Below the pieces are notes generated by a model. That model saw nothing but the letters and a program-made list of their open reading frames with translations. It did no database searches and was not told the origin of the DNA. From the NCBI GenBank assembly GCA_041651195.1, contig JBAZJR010000003.1:82441-146440 (forward strand): DNA of 64,000 bases, in the 5' to 3' direction. Positions within the stretch are counted from its first letter, which is position 1, and each line of letters begins with the position of its first letter. The translations under genes were made by a program, and so were the position numbers. Source of the stretch: Patescibacteria group bacterium. Its GTDB lineage: Bacteria; Patescibacteriota; Patescibacteriia; Patescibacteriales; UBA12465. Of the stretch, positions 59,374-64,000 are shown piece after piece.

Positions 59374-60444
59374 TTAATTGGTCACCGACTTGCCTATCTG
59401 GTAGTTGGTAAAAAAAGTATCAGGGACATCTTCCACCTGCTTCGCCCAATTCGCGCCGTAATATTTAGCGGCGATCGCCGGCGTGATCATCAGACGGAGG
59501 GTGCCGTTTCGGTCAACGGCGTAGACCCGGGGGTCGGTCGTGATCTTCACTAATTTGATGCCCGGCCGATAGGTCACGTTGCCGCCCAGAGGGATCTTGC
59601 CCATATCTTCGGGCGTAATGGTCTGTACCGTAGAAAAATCTTTATACCAAGTCGCGTAAGTCTGGGCATTAGGGAAGACATAGCGTTTGCCATCTGAACC
59701 GCAGTAATAGACCGAAGAGAGCGCGGGTATCCGGATGAGTGATCCGGGCGTGCAATAGAGAGTTGTGGCCGGATTGACGATCAGGCCCTTATCGGAATTG
59801 ATGGTCGGACTGGCGGCCGTGGCCGTAGTCGGGTCGTAAGTATAGATTTTCAAAGCGGCATTTAGGTATTGGTATGGATTGATAGCGCTGCCGTCCGTCA
59901 GGCGGATTTCGAAATGGAGATGGGGGCTGGTCTCTTCGGCGTTGCCGGAATCACCGACCCAAGCGATGTGCTGGCCTTGGACAATGGTTGTGCCTTGGTT
60001 GATTCCGGGCGCGTAAGCATATAGCAGTCCGCCTTGGCCATCGTCAGTTCCGGGCGTGTCATTGTTGATATGGAGGTAGTTATATTTATAACCATCGTCG
60101 CCAGCAATAGAGATCATATAGCCGTAGCTAGGTTCGGTAAGCGAAGCGGAAATGATCCGGCCGCCCCGGGCCGCAACGATCGGCGTCATCTTAGGAGCCA
60201 TTAGATCATTACCTTCATGGACGCGCCCGCCGCTGCGCCCGTCGCCGAAATCATCGCTAAAATTGACGATGCCTTGTACCGGGAAAACTATATCCGGCGG
60301 TCCGGATATCGTGATAGAGGGGGCGTTATACCAGCCATAATCAGAATAGGGCTGTCCGTCCAGGGGATAATATTGCGCGTCAGCTAGGGAGGGAATCAAG
60401 AAGCTGAAAGCGATCAAGATATATAAAACATGGCGATTTTTCAT
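59374..60444 (-). CDS. M23-family metallopeptidase (LytM-like) with signal peptide and C-terminal extra domain
   Basis: HEGNDL...HLHFEIR M23 motifs. Start chosen at internal Met (MKNRHVLYILIAFSFLIPSLADA signal peptide) rather than track start 60570. Confidence 0.75.
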   Translation of the reverse strand: MKNRHVLYILIAFSFLIPSLADAQYYPLDGQPYSDYGWYNAPSITISGPPDIVFPVQGIVNFSDDFGDGRSGGRVHEGNDLMAPKMTPIVAARGGRIISASLTEPSYGYMISIAGDDGYKYNYLHINNDTPGTDDGQGGLLYAYAPGINQGTTIVQGQHIAWVGDSGNAEETSPHLHFEIRLTDGSAINPYQYLNAALKIYTYDPTTATAASPTINSDKGLIVNPATTLYCTPGSLIRIPALSSVYYCGSDGKRYVFPNAQTYATWYKDFSTVQTITPEDMGKIPLGGNVTYRPGIKLVKITTDPRVYAVDRNGTLRLMITPAIAAKYYGANWAKQVEDVPDTFFTNYQIGKSVTN

Positions 60445-60611
60445 ATTTTTAAATTTATTGATTGGGTACTGAGCATAGCATTTTCTAGGGGGAATAGCTA
60501 TTATCCTGGTTTTGTATTTTGTTGACAAAAATAATGCGCGGTTCTTTTTTATATATTCAAAAATCGCCAATCCGGCGTTTTTTGTTAGAATATCATTAAG
60601 ACTAGCAGCTT

Positions 60612-62540
60612 ATGAATAATGGAAAAATTAAGACTAAAGGGAGTCTGCGTCTGCCCTTGATTATCGGCGCCCTAGGCATCGTTTTTGGCGATATTGGCAC
60701 ATCCCCACTATACGCTCTGAAAGAAACTTTTTTTGGCCTCCACCCCCTCGAGCGTAGCGCAGTTAATGTCCTAGGCGTCCTATCCCTGATTTTTTGGACT
60801 TTGATGGTGGTCGTTACGGTCAAGTATATTTTTTTGATCATGCGTGCCGATAACCGCGGCGAAGGCGGCATCTTTACTTTATTAGCCCTATTGCGGCGGG
60901 GCAAGGTTAAGAAGATTTTCGGCTTTAGCGTTACGGCCATCGTCTTGATCGGGGCGACCTTGCTTTACGGCGACGGGGTGATTACGCCGGCCATCTCCGT
61001 CTTATCGGCTGTCGAAGGCTTAGGCGTTTTGTCACCGGATCTGTCCCGCTATATCGTGCCGATCACGATCGCTCTCTTGATCGCTTTATTCGCTATCCAG
61101 AAAAAGGGAACGGGCAAAGTCGGCCGCTTATTCGGTCCGATCATGATCCTTTGGTTCGGAACCTTGATTTGGCTCGGCCTGCCCCAGATCATCAGGCACC
61201 CCCAGATCTTAGCGGCCTTGAATCCGCTCGCGGCCTATCATTTTATCCTCCAGCATTCTCTCGCCACTTTTTTTGTCCTGAGCTCCGTGGCTCTATGTAT
61301 CACCGGCTGCGAGGCGCTTTATGCTGATATGGGCCATTTTAACCGGCGCGCGATCACTTGGGCTTGGGCTGGCCTGGTTTATCCGGCGCTTATCATCAAT
61401 TATTTTGGCCAAGGCGCCCTGCTTTTGTCCGGCGCCCCGATCATTAATAATAATATTTTCTACGCCTTGGTTCCGTCTGGCGCCTTCTTGGGCGTCGTTG
61501 TCTTAGCTACGGCGGCGACGATAATCGCCAGCCAAGCTTTGATTTCCGGCGCCTATTCTTTGACCAGCCAGGCCATCGCTCTGGACCTTTTCCCGAAGAT
61601 CAAGATCATCCATACCAATCCCGAGATCGAGGGGCAGATCTATATCCCGTTTATGAATATGGCTTTAGCGCTCAGCTGCATCGCCCTAGTCTTAATCTTC
61701 AGGGCTTCCGGCGGACTGGCCGCCGCTTACGGGATCGCCGTCACTGGCACGATGATCATTACGACGCTGGTTTTTTACTCTATTATCCGTAATCTTTGGA
61801 AATGGCCGCTTTGGGCCGCTCTTCCGATTTTCGCATTTTTTATCATCATCGACTTATCTTTCTTTTCCGGCACGCTTTTGAAATTTTGGCACGGCGGTTT
61901 TGTGCCGATCATCATCGCCGCCGTCTTATTTTTAATCATGTCTACTTGGGATTGGGGAAAAGCCTTATCCCGCGCCGCCCACCTGGCTTTGCCCGGCTTA
62001 TCGGTAAATCGTTTAGCCGCCCAGCAGGCGGCGCAGTCGGGCGATCTTTTGAACCGCTCGGTCGTCGTTATGTCTTCGCGGCCGATCCTGATGAGCACGG
62101 ATCGCATTCCGGTCGCCCTAGATTCCTTTTTCGCGAAATGGGGAACAGCCGTTCCGAAGCATATTATTTTTTTGAATATTACTTTTTCAGACAGTCCGCG
62201 CGTCGCTAAAGCCGACCGCTATCAGATCCTCGATTTCCAGGCCGCCGCCATTCCGGGGAGCATTACTTCTATCCAGGCGATTTACGGTTATATGCAAACG
62301 CCGGATGTCCGTCGTATCTTATTGGAATTGAAGAAAGACGGCCGGATAAAAATTCCGACCGATCCCAAAAAATGGCTGATCCTTCTGGCGGTAGACCGCT
62401 TCGTGACCAGGCCGCGCCATCTGTTCAGGCGCCTCAAGGTCAAATTACTGAATTTAATTTCTGGCTACGCCAAGCCGGCTACGAGCTATTACGGGCTAGG
62501 GTATGACGATCAGGTTGATATAGAGATCATCAATATATAA
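60612..62540 (+). CDS. kup: KUP/HAK/KT potassium uptake transporter
   Basis: GALGIVFGDIGTSPLYALKETF signature. 642 aa, 12 TM plus cytoplasmic C-terminal domain. Confidence 0.9.
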   Translation: MNNGKIKTKGSLRLPLIIGALGIVFGDIGTSPLYALKETFFGLHPLERSAVNVLGVLSLIFWTLMVVVTVKYIFLIMRADNRGEGGIFTLLALLRRGKVKKIFGFSVTAIVLIGATLLYGDGVITPAISVLSAVEGLGVLSPDLSRYIVPITIALLIALFAIQKKGTGKVGRLFGPIMILWFGTLIWLGLPQIIRHPQILAALNPLAAYHFILQHSLATFFVLSSVALCITGCEALYADMGHFNRRAITWAWAGLVYPALIINYFGQGALLLSGAPIINNNIFYALVPSGAFLGVVVLATAATIIASQALISGAYSLTSQAIALDLFPKIKIIHTNPEIEGQIYIPFMNMALALSCIALVLIFRASGGLAAAYGIAVTGTMIITTLVFYSIIRNLWKWPLWAALPIFAFFIIIDLSFFSGTLLKFWHGGFVPIIIAAVLFLIMSTWDWGKALSRAAHLALPGLSVNRLAAQQAAQSGDLLNRSVVVMSSRPILMSTDRIPVALDSFFAKWGTAVPKHIIFLNITFSDSPRVAKADRYQILDFQAAAIPGSITSIQAIYGYMQTPDVRRILLELKKDGRIKIPTDPKKWLILLAVDRFVTRPRHLFRRLKVKLLNLISGYAKPATSYYGLGYDDQVDIEIINI

Positions 62541-62566
62541 ATTATTTAATATTAGAAAAAAAATAA

Positions 62567-62594
62567 ATAGGACAGGATGTCCTATTTTTGTTTG
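62567..62594 (+). terminator. rho-independent terminator after kup
   Basis: ATAGGACA-GGA-TGTCCTAT followed by TTTTTGTTTG. Confidence 0.65.
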
Positions 62595-62718
62595 ACATAA
62601 ATAAATATTCGTGATAATATTTTTTATCAGTCCTTTGCCAAGATGTTTGGTTGCCAGCCGGGCTTATCTAGTTAGGTTATTCCGGCTGACAATCAAACTA
62701 ATAAAAAGGAAGAAGAAA

Positions 62719-63291
62719 ATGGAAAATTATCAGAACCCGGAATATTTTGACAGCATTTTAGAGGAAAAACGCCGCTTTTTCCAAAATGTGTTTGGGATAG
62801 AGCTGGCTGATTTCAGCGGCCTAAAATTACCGCTCCGGCCGGAAGGAGACCTTGCTTATGATCTCCTGATCAAGCCCCGAGGCTTGAATATGCAAGAAAT
62901 AATAAAGCTGAACCGCAGCGATTGTAAGATCATGGTCGATGCGCGGATCGATTTAGGCGCGATCGATATCCGGGCTGATGGATCAAAATATAAAACAAGC
63001 ATCGGCTGGATCATCGACAGTTTAAAGGCTGATTATGTCGGCAGCCATTCGCAGATGTCCCATCATGACACGGAGACGATATCCGATCGCCTGATCCACG
63101 GTCTCTTCGTCTATTATAAAACTCAGCGGCATCTGGATGAAATCCAGCCGACGATCACGAAGAGCTATATTATGCTCAAAGATCGCTATCCCCTAGTCGT
63201 TAAGTTCAGCGGCGGCGGCATGCTGGTAAGCTATCTGCCAAAAAACACTTTTGGCGGCGGGCGCATTGTCCGGGACCGGATTGAGTTTTGA
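62719..63291 (+). CDS. hypothetical protein
   Basis: Start at ATG 62719 with SD AAAGGAAGAAG upstream (track start 62611 lacks SD). 190 aa. No motif. Confidence 0.45.
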   Translation: MENYQNPEYFDSILEEKRRFFQNVFGIELADFSGLKLPLRPEGDLAYDLLIKPRGLNMQEIIKLNRSDCKIMVDARIDLGAIDIRADGSKYKTSIGWIIDSLKADYVGSHSQMSHHDTETISDRLIHGLFVYYKTQRHLDEIQPTITKSYIMLKDRYPLVVKFSGGGMLVSYLPKNTFGGGRIVRDRIEF

Positions 63292-63448
63292 GCTGGTTTT
63301 ATCTTCAATATAGCGTTGTTTATGACAACGCTTTTTTATTATTGAAAGCTTTGTCCGCTAGATCGGATAAAAGATATTTGAGCTTTGCCCTGATTTTTGT
63401 TATAATTTAAGAAAATGCGCTATATAAAAATAAAGATAAAAACTCATT

Positions 63449-63751
63449 ATGTTCAAAGAGTTGAAAATCGACAAGGTTAATTATTTCCTGTTCTTCATTT
63501 TTTTAACCTTGGTGCCGATCGCGATCATCCAGAGCTTGCTGGAAGCTCTGTATATAAAACAGATCTTAGCTCAAGGGCTCGTGCCGCAGACCTATCATTT
63601 TTTAGGAGTTAATTCCTATCTGTCTCCGATCGTCAAATCAGCGATGCTCCTGATCGGCATCGTTCTCGGCTATTCGATCGGCCGGAAGAACTGGCATCTG
63701 GTCGCGTCTGCTCAGCCCGCGCCGGTTAAGGCGAAGAAGAGCAAGAAATAA
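63449..63751 (+). CDS. small hypothetical membrane protein
   Basis: 100 aa, two hydrophobic helices, Lys-rich tail. Confidence 0.4.
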   Translation: MFKELKIDKVNYFLFFIFLTLVPIAIIQSLLEALYIKQILAQGLVPQTYHFLGVNSYLSPIVKSAMLLIGIVLGYSIGRKNWHLVASAQPAPVKAKKSKK

Positions 63752-63775
63752 GCATCGGCATATCAGGACCTGATA

Positions 63776-63805
63776 ACAGCCCCAGCCGCGGGCTGTTTTT
63801 GTTTG
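63776..63805 (+). terminator. rho-independent terminator (plus strand)
   Basis: ACAGCCC-loop-GGGCTGT followed by TTTTTGTTTG. Confidence 0.55.
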
Positions 63806-63820
63806 TCCGGTTGAGTGATA

Positions 63821-63853
63821 ATAAAAAACCCCGATCTTAGTCGATCGGGGTTA
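63821..63853 (-). terminator. rho-independent terminator (minus strand gene)
   Basis: CCCCGATC-TTAGTC-GATCGGGG with A-run on plus strand, which is a T-run for the minus-strand transcript. Confidence 0.6.
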
Positions 63854-63856
63854 GGT

Positions 63857-64000
63857 TCATGATAATATCAATTCTTCTCCTAATTTAGGGATTTGGATAT
63901 TTTTTAGCCAATATCCGTTACCGTCAGCAAGAGCATTGATTAGCTCCATCTTTAGGGACGCAGAACTCATTTCTTCGCCATGATTCAGGAAGATCTTTTT
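63857..64000 (-). CDS. hypothetical protein (C-terminal 47 aa; gene continues beyond window end)
   Basis: Minus-strand frame open from window end to TGA at 63857-63859 (...GNGYWLKNIQIPKLGEELILS*), followed by a terminator. Confidence 0.35.
   Translation of the reverse strand, partial: KKIFLNHGEEMSSASLKMELINALADGNGYWLKNIQIPKLGEELILS

Noticed and set aside
61775-62209. ORFs 61775-62107(-) and 61796-62209(+) within kup
   Set aside because: Out-of-frame or antisense to the confidently assigned Kup transporter.

Overview
This 64 kb window has Candidate Phyla Radiation (Patescibacteria)-like features. Everything below is read from the sequence and the ORF track; no searches were run.

- **Core region, 4.8-20.8 kb:** the str operon (rpsL-rpsG-fusA-tuf, with an extra small ORF between fusA and tuf) followed by the S10-spc-alpha ribosomal cluster (rpsJ through rplO-secY). 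rpmD (L30) is absent between rpsE and rplO. Several r-proteins carry extensions (L3, L23, L22, S5), and L24 ends in a C4 zinc ribbon. The cluster stops at a strong terminator right after secY; no adk/infA/rpsM block follows.
- **Downstream core genes:** map, ruvX, recO, two giant coiled-coil/TM proteins (1085 aa; 1570 aa with a C-terminal GT9 heptosyltransferase-like domain), archaeal-type aspS next to asnS, scpA-scpB, a D-Ala-D-Ala carboxypeptidase, GtrA, dnaG-rpoD, and a PEP-utilising mobile-domain protein.
- **Most notable region, 44.2-51.4 kb:** a tRNA-Asn(GUU) gene followed by a tyrosine integrase and a ~7.2 kb AT-rich island. The island is bounded by a perfect 21-bp direct repeat of the tRNA 3' end (attL 44247-44267, attR 51422-51442).
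- **Island cargo:** a tightly packed four-gene operon encoding a DGQHR (DndB-like) protein, an unknown 455-aa protein, a Dam-family (DPPY) N6-adenine DNA methyltransferase, and a GIY-YIG-like nuclease. I read this as a candidate undescribed restriction/defence module.
- **Island int-cargo intergenic region:** a long A/T-flanked palindrome, four degenerate ~70-bp hairpin-containing tandem repeats, and short echoes of the integrase locus near the right end.
- **Further right:** AT-rich unknown genes (alpha/beta-hydrolase-like), a SpoU methyltransferase, a TspO-like membrane protein, a PadR-PspC module, an M23 peptidase, and kup.
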